From the NCBI GenBank assembly GCA_964016885.1, contig OZ024750.1:18910001-18974000 (forward strand): a stretch of DNA of 64,000 nucleotides. Reading direction: 5' to 3'. Of this stretch, positions 26,513-40,085 are shown piece by piece (within the stretch, counting starts at the first letter, position 1; every line of letters begins with the position of its first letter). The notes below the pieces were generated by a model that did no database searches, was not told where the DNA came from, and saw only the letters and a list, made by a program, of their open reading frames with translations. This DNA comes from Eledone cirrhosa (Eukaryota). The position numbers and the translations under genes are program-made.

Positions 26513-26545
<33 letters not shown>

Positions 26546-26995
26546 GTATGTGTGTGTGTGTATGTATGTATATATGTATATACATCCAGTGAAGCCTCTC
26601 GCCCACACAGTAAAGTGTTCATGATGGCAACACGGTAAAAAGCACCCAGCCCACACAGTAAAGTGTTCATGATGGCAACACGGTAAAAAGCACCCAGGGC
26701 CATACAAACTGAGAAGGTGGTTAAGAAGCTATCAACCACCTAAACCCCCCAAAAAACCGAAGCAAGCTAAACGGGCCAAACAAAATAAATGAAATATTCA
26801 CCTGGACCCTTGGAAAAGATGGTATAATCCAGTACAGGGTTTCTGCGACCTAAATCAATAATACTGTCTGCTTAAAAAATAAGCTTTTGGTATAATGATC
26901 GAACAAGGCTATCACGTTATCAACAGGTATTTTGTTCTGTGCCAGCGTTGTGGATCACATAGTGTTTTGTAGCAGTGAAAGCACATGTGTAACTC

Positions 26996-27030
<35 letters not shown>

Positions 27031-27107
27031 ACAGCTCCCACCTATGCAGGTTTAACTGGCCTCCTCCAAGGTATATCTCGTTGGAAGTCTATTGGGTAAT
27101 TTAATGA

Positions 27108-27268
27108 TATGGACCCCAGTCCTATCATCTCATTTCTACAGCTGAGTAAACTGGAGCAACGTGAAATAAAGTGTCTTGCTCAAGGAAACAACACATCACC
27201 TGGTCCGAGAATTGAACTCACAACCTTTTGATTGCAAGCCCAATGCTCTAACCATTAAGCCATGCGCA
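27108..27268 (-). mobile_element. 5' half of CORE-like SINE
   Basis: Reverse complement of the SINE head; inverted relative to 27836-28165. Confidence 0.8.
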
Positions 27269-27269
27269 T

Positions 27270-27351
<82 letters not shown>

Positions 27352-27835
27352 AAAACATAGTTTCACTTTAAAATGTTTTGCTTATCGAACGTGGCATGTG
27401 TTTCACAGATAATTGGTTTGCAGTCTTTATCGATGTGTTAGACCTGACTCTCAGTATTGATCTGCTCATCAAACATGTGGTCTCAAATCTTGAGATGATA
27501 TATATCATCATCATTTAACATCCACCATCCCCCATGCTACCATGGGTTAGATGGGTTTGTCCCCTTTAGAGGCAAGTTGGATCGGGTCGGGTAATCATGT
27601 CTTGCTCATATAGGATTGTTTCTGGCTGCTTTTCTACGGCTGGATGCCCTTCCTAGCACCAACCACATTTACAGTGAGTGCTGGGTGGTATTTACCATGT
27701 CCACTTTACATTCATGCTTGTAGTGTGTAGGCAGATTGGGTTAGGTTTAATCATTTTGTGGCGAGGGCCTTGTGCAGACAGGGTGGGAGTGAACCCCCCC
27801 CCCCCCCACATATATATACATATATATACATATAT

Positions 27836-28165
27836 GGAGGCACATGGCTTAGTGGTTAGAGCATTGGGCTTGCAATTGAAAGGTTGTGAGTTCAATTCTC
27901 AGACCGGGTGGTGTGTTGTTTCCTTGAGCAAGACACTTTATTTCACATTGCTCCAGTTTACTCAGCTGTAGAAATGAGATGATAGGGACTGGGGTCCATA
28001 TCATTCCACTGCAAAGTGGTCGTGGAGGTGCCATGGCAAAAAAGCACCCAGCACTCACTATAAATGAGGTTGGTGTTAGGAAGAGCATCCAGCTGTAGAA
28101 ATGAGGCCAGAATCAGTTCCCGTCTGACCCTTGCAAACAGGGAAAAGTGGACGTATGATGATGAT
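27836..28165 (+). mobile_element. Full-length CORE-like SINE
   Basis: Same family as 15574-15912. Confidence 0.85.
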
Positions 28166-28689
28166 AGGTGTGCTTATACTGTCTGTGTGTGTTTACCCAT
28201 ACTGTTTGTTTATGGCTTGTCATATATATATATCATCATTGTTTTACATTGACTTTTCCATGCTTACATGATTTAGACATGTCTTTTCCTGCACAGCATC
28301 CTCCCACTCATTGCAGTCCTTTGTCATTTCTGTGAGCTTCACTGATCTGAGATCAGCTCTCACAACTTCTGCCCAGGTCTTCCTTGGTCTCTCCCTTACA
28401 GCTTTCTTCTACTGGGATTTCTTGACATTTCTTCACTCAACTATCACCATCCATATACATCTGATTCGTTTTGTCTTTCAGCTCATTTGTTTTTCATGCA
28501 TATTAACATTGCACATGTATCAAACCTTGTGTGCTTCTCACCGCTATGTCTCACTACCATTTAATATCGCACATTTTACACAGGCATAATACAACCAGCC
28601 TTTCATTTATAGATATGCACCATCATCATCATTATCCAGCTTTTGATTATGCCGGAAACAATCCTTAAGTAGGGGTGGGTCCTGTCTGA

Positions 28690-28956
28690 CAGCGGTCCTT
28701 AGCATCTTGTTCCATGTGTTTCAGTCTGCTGGTCTCACTTGGGCCGGGCCAAGCCAAGCCTCGCTTGATCCCAGCAGACATCCTCCATCCAAGTCGTTTT
28801 TGGTCTTCCTGAGCCTCTACTGCCTCCTGGATCAACATTCATCACTTTGCTGATCCAGCCCTCACTGTGCGCGATGTGGCCATTCCAGCGCATGTGTCTC
28901 GTGTGAAGCACATCTTTGTGGTCATCGATCATCAGTCTTTTCAGGAGCTCAGTCAA
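28690..28956 (-). mobile_element. RTE LINE C-terminal fragment
   Basis: RHMRWNGHIAHSEGWI...GSRGSGRPKTTW. Confidence 0.7.
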
Positions 28957-29190
28957 GCTTAAAATAAAAAATATATATATATATATATATATAGTCTACA
29001 ATGTAAATGTGGTTGGTGTTAGGAAGGGCATCCAACTGTTAAAAAACCTGCCAGAGACACTTCCGTACGAGCGAGACATGGTCTCCTGACTATTCCCGCA
29101 TCAAATGGAACAAAACCGTCTAACCCATGTTAGCGTGGAAGATGGACGTAAAATGATGATGATGATGATATATATATATATATATATATA

Positions 29191-29568
29191 TACAATATTA
29201 AATAAATGGAAACTATATTTATAAAACCATATTTATTTCATTATATATATTTCGGGGATATCATATTAACAATATGCTTTTGGAGAGGTTGAGCTGCCAG
29301 CTCAACCTCTCCAAATGCAAGTCGGTGTTGATACGGTATGTCGAATCTATTTATCTATAAAACTGTTTATATTGTATTTTGTCTGAGGAAGGCATAGCAT
29401 ATTGTTAATATGATATCCCCGAAATATATATAATGAAATAAATATGGTTTTATAAATATAGTTTCCATTTATTTAATATTGTAAATATACTCCAAATATT
29501 TGTCGAGTGCTTTTATATCAGTTATAAATATTTACTAGTTGTAACCCAACAATTTTAAATATAACTTT

Positions 29569-29570
<2 letters not shown>
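29191..29570 (+). mobile_element. Fold-back pLTR-like element with a minimal hammerhead
   Basis: Perfect 88-bp inverted arms 29191-29278/29396-29483, inner 18-bp hairpin 29279-29315, tgtcgagtgcttt tail motif, (TA)n flanks. Confidence 0.65.
29375..29440 (+). ncRNA. Putative type I minimal hammerhead ribozyme
   Basis: tattttgt-CTGAGGA-stem II-GAAA-tatata-TA-atgaaata; stem I is 8 bp with two G-U pairs; predicted cut after 29432; the base of stem II is an A-C mismatch. Confidence 0.5.
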
Positions 29571-29625
<55 letters not shown>

Positions 29626-31107
29626 TGTGTGTATGTATCCGATTTCATGTGTTTATGATCTTAAATGTAGCAGTTTAGCATAAAGAGATTGATAAAATAA
29701 ATACCAGACTTGTGAAGAATATACACTGAGGTTAATATGATTGATTAATTCACATCAATGCGATGCTCTAGCTTGGCCGCAACCTAATGATTGAGACCTG
29801 TAAGGGAATGAAAGGATTTTGCAAATATCTTTTTCTAAACCTAAAAATATATTTGTTTTTCTTTTGCTCTTCATTTGTCTTTTGTCAGTTTCTACTTTGA
29901 GGTGTTGTGTGCTTGTTTCTTGGAAGCACATTGTGTCCTTCAGCCAGATACTTTATTTCATGTTGATCCAGTCCACTCAGCCAGTAAATATGAGTGGTAT
30001 CTGTAATTCAAAGGGTCAGCTTTATCATCTATTCAGCAACGTGCTGAATCTCCCTGAGAACTATACTAAATGTACACAAGTCTGTGCTGTTGTCAGCTAC
30101 TTACACATTAATTTCACAAGCAAATTGTTTTGTTGTTTTGTTGTTTTGTTGTTTGAACAATTAGAACAAACGTTGCCAAAATATCTTAAATTTGGAATGT
30201 AGCACCAACTAAATATTATGTGTGTGTATGTGTGTGTCTCTGTTTGTGTGTCTGTGTTTGTGTGTGTGTGTGTGTGTGTATGTGTGTATGTGTGTATGTG
30301 TGTATGTGTGTCTGTCTGTCTGTCTTTGTCTTTGTCTCTGTTTATGTGTGTCTGTATGTATGTATATGCTTGCATCAGCTAAATAGATGTTTATGTGTGT
30401 TTTTTTGTCTGTATGTGTGTTTTTTTGTATGTATGTGTGTCTTTTTGTCTGTATGTGTGTCTTTTTGTATGTATGTATGTATGTGCATGCAGCAGCTAAA
30501 CCTATGTATGTGTGTGTCTGTGTGTATGCACCAGCTAAACATTATATATAAGTGTATGTGAGTGGTTCTTGCGTGTTTTTCTGTTTGTGTATGTTTGTGT
30601 ATTTGTGTCTGTCTGCTTGTATATTTGTGTGTGTCTTTGTATCTATGTGTAAGTACTTGATGAACAGTGTTTCTGTGTGTGTATGTATGTGTGTGTGTGT
30701 GTGCAAGCATTAAAATAAATATTTAGTTGGAGGCCTTACAATAACAGATATATATATATATACACACGCATGTATGTATATACATATATGTGTATATATT
30801 ATGTTGGTATATATTTATGTGTATATATTAAGTGTGCTTGTATGTATTTGTATGTGTATATATTATGTGTGCTTATGTATATATATACATATGAATATGT
30901 ACGTATATGTATGTTTATACACACACACACACATATATGTGTGTGTGTGTTTGTGTATAAATATATATATATACGATAATAGATATATATACATATAAAG
31001 AAAGGAAAATTTAACAAAATGAATAGAAACGCATAAATTAAAATAATAAAATAAAGAAATATAAGAGAAAACTGATTTTTTTTTAAAAGCAAGTTTGTTT
31101 TATAATG

Positions 31108-31140
<33 letters not shown>

Positions 31141-31539
31141 GCAATAACAATAACAATGATGATGATGGATAACAATAATAATAATAATAATATTAATGGT
31201 GATAATGATGAATTGCAATAACACCAGTGATAATAATAATAATAATAATAATAAGTTAACTAACATCAATGACTGAGACTCAAAGAACAATAATAACAAT
31301 AATTGTAATTGTTTTGATGAATAACAATAACTTTAATAATAATAATAATAATAACAATAATAATAATGAATTACAATAATCATAATCATCATTTCTTTTC
31401 TGTCTCTGGAGATTAGGAAATTGATATTTCTCTATATGAAAGAACTTGTATAATTTGAAACCCCCTGGGGAATTTCTTAAAAACTTAAAAAGTCTGAAGT
31501 CACAATTATTTTTGTATTTAGACTTGAGGGGATGTTTTG

Positions 31540-31761
31540 TATATATATATATATATATCTATATATATATATATATAAAATTCACTCTTTGTTTTTTGTT
31601 GATATATATATATATATATAAAATTCATTCTTTGTTTTTTGTTGATATATATATATATAAAATTCACTCTTTGTTTTTTGTTGATATATATATATATATA
31701 AAATTCATTCTTTGTTTTTTGTTGATATATATATATATAAAATACACTCTTTGTTTTTTGT

Positions 31762-31797
<36 letters not shown>

Positions 31798-31857
31798 CAC
31801 TCTTTATTTTTTGTTGATATATATATATATATAATTCACTCTTTGTTTTTTGTTGAT
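31540..31857. repeat. Compound minisatellite, about 40 bp: (TA)n plus aaattcactctttgttttttgttg
   Basis: About 7 units visible. Confidence 0.85.
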
Positions 31858-31999
31858 TTTTAAGTGAAAAAGTTACATCATTATCACTGATCTCTTTGAC
31901 CTCTCTCTTTAACTGTTTAACTCTTGGGATGAATATTTAATAGGTTTCTGTTTGCAATCCTTCCTCCTCCTTCAATCTCCTCTTCCTTCAATCTCCTGT

Positions 32000-32400
32000 G
32001 TGCTGGTGCTGTGATAAAAAGTACCCAGTACACTCTGTAATGCTGCTGGTGAATGAGTAGAGACATTGTAGGGTAGAGTGTACTCATTAGTCCTATCAAA
32101 AATATGTTAACTTCTCAGTGCTGGTACCATGATAAAAAGTACCCAGTACACTCTGTAATGCTGCTGGTGAATGAGTAGAGACATTGTAGGGTAGAGTGTA
32201 CTCATTAGTCCTATCAAAAACATGTTAACTTCTCAGTGCTGGTACCATGGTTAAAAGTACCCAGTACACTCTGTAAATGGGTTGACGAATGAAGGGTAAA
32301 GAGGAACCATTTACCTCTATTGAAGATATAACTTCTCTAGTGCTGGTTCCATAATAAAATTCAGCCACTACACTCTATAAAGTGGTTGATGTTTAGAACA
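32000..32400 (+). repeat. 118-bp tandem repeat related to the RTE 3' UTR subrepeat
   Basis: Units start at 32000, 32118 and 32236 (gtgctggt..ataaaaagtacccagtacactctgtaa). Confidence 0.8.
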
Positions 32401-33429
32401 ACTTCCATCCAGTCTTAGAAACTCTGCCAAAAATGTAGATATAAATATTCTAAATATAGAGACTGATGAAAAGTTGAGATTTGAGAATTACACCAATTTT
32501 ATGGCTCCCTAGTTAAAGTTTAGCAAATTGGTAGAGTTGTTAGGGCATTAGAAAGAAGGCTTTGTATGTAGGATTTGTTTTAGCTCTCTGAGGTCAACTT
32601 TGCTTTTCATCATTTCTGGATTGATATATAAACTACCAGTCCAGGGGGTGGATGGAAGGAGTTGAGTACAGTATTGAGCAAGATGATTTGTAGTATCTTG
32701 TTACACGAATAGCAGTGACGATTCTGCAAAGAGTTGCAGCCAGCAAAGTTTCAGTAATGGGGGACCAATGGAAACATTGTTTCCTCAGTCTAATCTGATG
32801 ATCAGCTCTTTTCTTCTGCTAGAAGTTGAAACTGACAGGTTGTATCTGCATTGGAAAGACCATAAAATGTTTTTTTTTTCTCAGTGTTTATTGAGAAAAT
32901 ATGATTTAATGCTGCAGAGTTTAGTTTTTGATGCTAGCACTGTAGAATAAAACAATGGTGTTCAATAAAAAAAAAAATCAAAAAAAAATCATTGACAACA
33001 AAGAAACAAAAGCAATTAAACATAATAAACTCAATTTAAAGAATTATTATTTAAAAACTGGACATATCATTACCCACTGTCTCTTTAAAAGTTGAGTGAA
33101 ATGATATAAAGAAATGTTATTTCAATACCAGATGTACAGTCATCCAGGATTTAAAGAAACATCATATCTGAAGATCTTGTGGTCTGGTGGCAACATCCTT
33201 AGGCATGGACAGGTACATTGGTTCTCACCTGACTCTCACGTCTAGATCCTGGACATTTCAGTCATACACTTCTGGTAGGTTAAAATTAGTGAGTGTCTGG
33301 ATGCTTGGAGAACAGATGGGCATTGTCAAACATTTCTAACCCCCCCCCCTTCTCCCCGAAATGTTCTGATGGACAGTTAAACAATTATAGTGGAACTCAA
33401 ATGATTTGATTACTTGATTAAAGACAAGA

Positions 33430-36400
33430 ATTAGCACCAGCAGCAGCAATATCTCCATCATCATTACCACCAACATTTCAATCACCATCAACAGCAACAG
33501 CAACTCCACTGCTTCCATCACCACCAACAACATCCTCACCATTATCATGACCACCACCACCACCACCACAATCAAAATCAAAACCACCACCATCATCACT
33601 TCACCTCCACCAACAACAACAATAACATCACCATGATCATGACTACCACCACCACCACCACCACCACCACCACCATCATCACCAACAATAACAATAACAT
33701 CAAAATCAAAGCCACCATCACCACCACCATCACCATCACCAACAATAACAATAACATCAAAATCAAAGCCACCATCACCACCACCATCACCATCACCAAC
33801 AATAACAATAACAATAACATCAAAATCAAAGCCACCATCACCACCACCTCCATCAACAATATCACCACCACCACCACCACCACCACCACCACTATCAACA
33901 ACAACATGAACACTATCACCATCACCAACACCAACCCAATACTATCACAACCACTACAAATAATGAGATGAAAAAAAAAAAAAAATGTAATACTATATTA
34001 ATCACCAGGTGTCTGATATTGACACTGTGTGTGTATGTGAGTGTATATGTGTGTGTGTCTGTCTATGTGACTGTATATAACTATGTATGGATGTATGCGT
34101 TTGTGTATATGAATGTATATAACTGCATGTGTATATATGTATGTGTGAGTGTGTATGTGCACTTGTATGTGTCTGTGTGCACATGTGAGTGTGTATGTGC
34201 ACTTGTATGTGTGTGTGTGCACATGTGTGAGTGTGTGTGTGCACTTGTATGTGTCTGTGTGCACATGTGTGAGTGTGTGTGTGCACTTGTATGTGTCTGT
34301 GTGCACATGTGTGAGTGTGTATGTGCACTTGTATGTGTCTGTGTGCACATGTGAGTGTGTATATGCACTTGTATGTGGCTGTGTGCACATGTGTGAGTGT
34401 GTGTGTGCACTTGTATGTGTCTGTGTGCACATGTGAGTGTGTATGTGCACTTGTATGTGTCTGTGTGCACATGTGAGTGTGTATGTGCACTTGTATGTGT
34501 CTGTGAGCACATGTGTGAGTGTGTATGTGCACTTGTATGTGTCTGTGTGCATGTGTGTGAGCGTATGTGTGGATGTTTGCGTATATGGGTGTATGGCTAG
34601 GTATGTGCGCATGGATGTCTGTATGTATGTGTGTACATACATGTGTATATATATACACACACACACATGTCGTTAAGGTGTAATACACAAGCAGCGTTTC
34701 TAGTTTAGTGGTCAAGGTAATTTATGGTATGTTTCTGTGTAGAATGAATTAAATAAAACCACACAACCATTGCCATTACTACTACCACTACTGTTGCCAC
34801 CACCACCACCACTACCACCAACACTACCATAGCCACTGCTACTACACCATTGCCAATCCCACTACAACCACCATTGCCACCACCACCACTACCACTACTG
34901 TTGCCATGACCACCACCAATACCACTACTACTATTACACCATTGCCAATCCCACTACAACCATCATTGCCACCACCACCACTACCACTACTGTTGCCATG
35001 ACCACCACCAATACCACTACTACTATTACACCATTGCCAATCCCACTACAACCACCATTGCCACCACCACCACTACCACTACTGTTGCCATGACCACCAC
35101 CAATACCACTACTACTATTACACCATTGCCAATCCCACTACAACCACCATTGCCACCACCACCACTACCACTACTGTTGCCATGACCACCACCAATACCA
35201 CTACTACTATTACACCATTGCCAATCCCACTACAACCACCATTGCCACCACCACCACTACCACTACTGTTGCCATGACCACCACCAATACCACTACTACT
35301 ATTACACCATTGCCAATCCCACTACAACCACCATTGCCACCACCACTACCACTACTGTTGCCATGACCACCACCAATACCACTACTACTATTACACCATT
35401 GCCAATCCCACTACAACCACCATTGCCACCACCACCACTACCACTACTGTTGCCATGACCACCACCAATACCACTACTACTATTACACCATTGCCAATCC
35501 CACTACAGCCACCATTGTCACCACCACTACCACCACTACCACCTAACACCACTAGTACCAATACTACTATCATCACTACCACCTTACACCACTAGTACCA
35601 ACATTACAACTACCACCTAACACCACTAGTACCAACACTACAATCTAACACCTTACACCACTAGTACTAACATTACAACTACCACCTAACACCTTACACC
35701 ACTAGTACTAACACTACTATAATCACTACCACCTAACACCACTAGTACCACTACTACCACTACTACCTAACACCACTAGTACCAACACTACCACCTAACA
35801 CCACTAGTACCAACACTACCACATAACACCACTAGTACCAACACTACAATCTAACACCACTAGTACCAACACTACAATCTAACACCACTAGTACTAACAC
35901 TACTATAATCACTACCACCTAACACCACTAGTACCAACACTACTACCATCACTACCACCTAACACCACTAGTACCAATACTACCACCATCACTACCACCT
36001 AACACCACTAGTACCAACACTACTATAATCACTCTTGCCAACTTCACCAACGCAATTGTTACTACAATCTCTATCACCACTCTGCTCCTACCACCACCAC
36101 CACCACCACAACAACCACTAGTAACATTAATACCACCATTACAACACAATATACCACTACCATTACCACACACCACCACTACTGTCATAACAACAAGAAG
36201 CAGCACCTGTCTTTGTAAACATGATTAAACAATTTCTGAACTTTAAAACAACAACACTAACACCACCGTCACCATCGCTACCACCACCATCGCTACCAGT
36301 GCCATCTTCACCATCAACACTACTATTGCCACCACCACCATCACCACCACTACACACCTCTATGGCTACATATCAGCACCACCACCATTGCCATCAATAC

Positions 36401-36470
36401 ATACCACTGCCACCACCACCACCACCACTGTCATAACAACACACAGACAACCACAACAACAACACCAAAC
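33430..36470. repeat. Low-complexity block: (CAC/CAT/AAC)n, a 36-38 bp GT-rich minisatellite (34145-34560) and a 92-bp minisatellite (34847-35530)
   Basis: 92-bp period with starts at 34847, 34939, 35031, 35123 and onward; gtgcacttgtatgtgtctgtgtgcacat units. Confidence 0.9.
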
Positions 36471-36915
36471 ACCTGTCTTTGTAAACATTATTTAAAAAAA
36501 AGTTTGAAACTTTAAAACAACAAAAGTAAAACCAGCAATAACAACAACAACATTAATCTCAATAGACTTATTAAAATAACATAAAAATAACATTAAAAAA
36601 TATATTGATCAATAAATTAACATTTTATTTCGGTATTTTTTAAATTAAAAAATATATTTATTTTTTTAAAAATAATTTTCTTTTTAATTTTGAATTTCTT
36701 TAAATGTTTCCATCTGAAATTTTATCAATAACTTTGTTAGATTAAAGAATAAATGCCAAGACTATTTTATATATATCAATATCATCATCATCATTTTACG
36801 TCTGATTTTCATGTTGGGCTGGGGGCTACATCTTGATCACATAGGCTTTGGTATGGTTTCCACAGCTGGGTGTCCTTCCTATCACTAACCACTTTACAGA
36901 GTGTACTGTGTGCAT

Positions 36916-36968
<53 letters not shown>

Positions 36969-36974
36969 GTGTGT

Positions 36975-37842
36975 ATAATTAAGAGATGAAGCTAATTGAA
37001 TAGAATGGACACAGCTTTGGTCGTTTTCTCACTCGCTTAATAATTTAATTAAGTTCATATTAAAATTCAAGCCCAACTGGTTAGAGTGCACATATATGTT
37101 AATCAGCGATAAAGAAGACTTCGTGTGAGCAGGTTAAATTGAGATACCTGCACCGATGCATCAGTTTCTATGATTCCGAGTGGAACAACCATGTGCAGAA
37201 AATTAAGTAATGTTAGTGTACATTACATAATTTGGCAGGGAACCATCTCATCAGCGGGAGCTTGGCTCCCTGTAATAAACAGTTCCACATGGCATGCTAC
37301 TACATTCCATTACTGGTTGCAAGTGAATATACTAGTTTTCAACTTCTAGTGACCGTAACATAACATGAAAGAAAAAACCAATCCGACCTGACCATTCACA
37401 GGAAACACACATTGGTAATTGATTCAAATTGAAATAATATGACCATGCCAAAAACACTCTAGGGTTCTTTCATATAGAAAACAAAGACAGGGTAGCAAAC
37501 AATACATAAATTGAACTAGAATAAACAGAGGAAGAAAGTTCTACTTACAATTTAAATGCAGTTTAGTCGCCTGGCAGTTAAAATGATTAAGAGACGAAGC
37601 TTATCGAATAGAATGGCAGAGAATTTACAATTCAAAATGCAATAAGACCAAGGATTATTATTATTATTATTTGTTTATACATCGCTATGGGCGTTTCAAT
37701 GCAGCTAGAGTATCCCATCCATTTGTGGAGAAAAAAAAGTATCCGTTTTTTTCCTCCACAAATGGATGGGTTACTCTAGCCGCATTGAAACACCTGTAAT
37801 GATGTATAAACAAATAATAATGGTCTTATTGAATTTTGAATT
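36975..37842 (-). mobile_element. Tandem pLTR-like element with hammerhead-like motif and terminal fold-back
   Basis: About 40-bp direct repeats at 36977 and 37584; minus-strand CTGATGAG...GAAAC-TGATGCATCG-GT at 37146-37258; imperfect inverted arms of about 100 bp at 37629-37842. Confidence 0.55.
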
Positions 37843-38503
37843 ATATATATATCATCATCATCATCATCATCATCGATTAATGTCTATCTTCCACGCTAGC
37901 ATGGGTTAGACGGGTCCCATTTAGAGGCAAGTTGGGTCGAGTGACCGTGTCTTGCTCATATAGGGGTGTTTCTGGCTGGTTTTCTACGGCTGGATGCCCT
38001 TCCTAACGCCAACCACATTGACAATGTGTGCTGGCTGCTTTTTGCCGTGTCTTTTACATGTCCACTTTACAGTGTGGGCTGAGTGCTTTCTGCTGTGTCT
38101 GTTACATGTCCACTTTACAGTGTGGGCTGATATATATAAATATAATGAGTTACTTATATGCTTCATCACATACATGCATAGACATAGAAATATGGACATT
38201 CATATGCACATATATACATAAATATTTTCTTATTTTGGCACAAGGCCAGCAATTTTAAAGGGAATGGGAAGCTGATTATACCGACTCCAGTACTTTACTA
38301 GTGCTTTATTTTATTGATTTATGAAGGATGAAAGACAAAGTTGACTTCAGTGGGATTTGAACTCATAATGTAAATTAGACATACACAATCATATATAGTC
38401 TGACATACATATCAACCTATATATATATATGTATTTCTATACATTCATACATACACACACACAAATAGACATAAATATCAACACCTATACATGAGGAGTT
38501 TGC

Positions 38504-38760
38504 AGATATGAATTCAGCTTCATACCTATTATTATTGGAGCTACAGGATACATACCAACCCACCTGGACCAAATAATGAATAATCACAGCTTCTTAATTT
38601 ATAACCAACAGATGGCCACCATATCTGCAACCTTCAAAATTTGTAAAACATTCTTACAATTCAAAGGATGAACAATTGCACTAGGGACAATGAAACTTTC
38701 CCTTTCTATAACAACCTTTGCCACCGGGAGGGTGGCCTGTCAAAAATACTACTAAAAATC
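38504..38760 (+). mobile_element. 3' end of a restriction-like-endonuclease LINE (R4/NeSL-type)
   Basis: RYEFSFIPIIIGATGYIPTHL...SATFKICKTFLQFKG* resembles RLE-LINE C-termini; 3' hairpin gccacc-gggag-ggtggc. Confidence 0.55.
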
Positions 38761-38974
38761 ATGAGACAACATATAGACTTACATACATTCATAGCGACAC
38801 ACATACATATTTATACAAATCAACACTACATACCTACAGCTAGCCAGACAGATATCCAATATTTCTAACAGACAGAGAAAGACAGTTAAAGACACTAGCG
38901 TAGAGTTTATAGAATATTTTATAAGAATGAGGTAGAAGGAACATTTAACAGTTGCAACCTTAGATAGATCATTG

Positions 38975-39975
38975 CTTGCACCACCACCACTACCAACAGA
39001 CACCATTGCCACCATCACCACCACTACCACCAACAGACACCACCACCACCACCACTACCACCAACAGACATCACCAACACCACCACCACGCACCATTGCC
39101 ACCACTACCAACAGACACCATTGCCACCATCACCACCACTACCACCCACCACCACCACTACCACCAACAGACATCACCACCACCACCACCACTACCAACA
39201 GACACCATTGCCACCATCACCACCACTACCAACAGACACCATTGCCACCACCACCGCCACCAACAGACACCACCACCACTACCAACAGACACCATTGCCA
39301 CCACCACCACCACCACACACCATTGCCACCACCACCACCTCTACCAACAGACACTACTGCCACCACCACCCACTGCCACCACCACCACCACCACCACACA
39401 CCACTGCCACCATTGTCACCACCACCATCATTTTGCACCATCAACAACACCACCACCATTAATCAGGCACCACCGGCTATACCACCACCACCACCACCAC
39501 CACCACCACCACCACCACCACCACTGCCTACACCACCACTGCCACCACCACCACCATTGCACACTGCCACCGCCGCCACCACCACCACCACCACCACCAC
39601 CGCCGCCACCACCACTATTATTATTATTATTGTTGTCAGTTATTTGATTATATGGTTTCTGGGTCTTAAGTCAGATATGAATAATGGATGTCTTTACTAA
39701 TTTCACTGTTGTGTTGTTGTTGTTGTTGTATTGCTGTGGTATTGTTGTATTGTTGTTGTTCTTGTACTACTGGTGTTATTGTTATTGTGTTGTGTTTAAA
39801 TTACCAAAAATAATACACTTAACATTGATGATTATGATGATGATGATGATGATGATGTTGAATATAATTTTAGTAGTAGTAGTAATTGTAGTAGTAGTAG
39901 TAGTAGTAGTGGTAATTGTAGTAGTAGTAGTCGTAGTAGCAGTAGTCGTCGTAGTAGTCGTAATAATAGTAGTAG

Positions 39976-40009
<34 letters not shown>

Positions 40010-40085
40010 GGTAATTGTAGTAGTAGTCGTCGTAGTAGTGGTAGTAGTAATAGTAATAGTAGTGGTAGTGGTGGTAGTAATAATG
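38975..40085. repeat. (CAC)n and (GTA)n low-complexity tracts
   Basis: Trinucleotide-derived arrays producing spurious poly-P/H/T/V ORFs. Confidence 0.9.

Noticed and set aside
26825-26930. Minus-strand CTGTTGA...GAAAC hammerhead-like words
   Set aside because: Core A6 is substituted and the stems are unconvincing; at most a decayed relic.
31540-32400. CRISPR-like repeat/spacer appearance
   Set aside because: Eukaryotic intron; the spacers are (TA)n or identical, and there are no cas genes.
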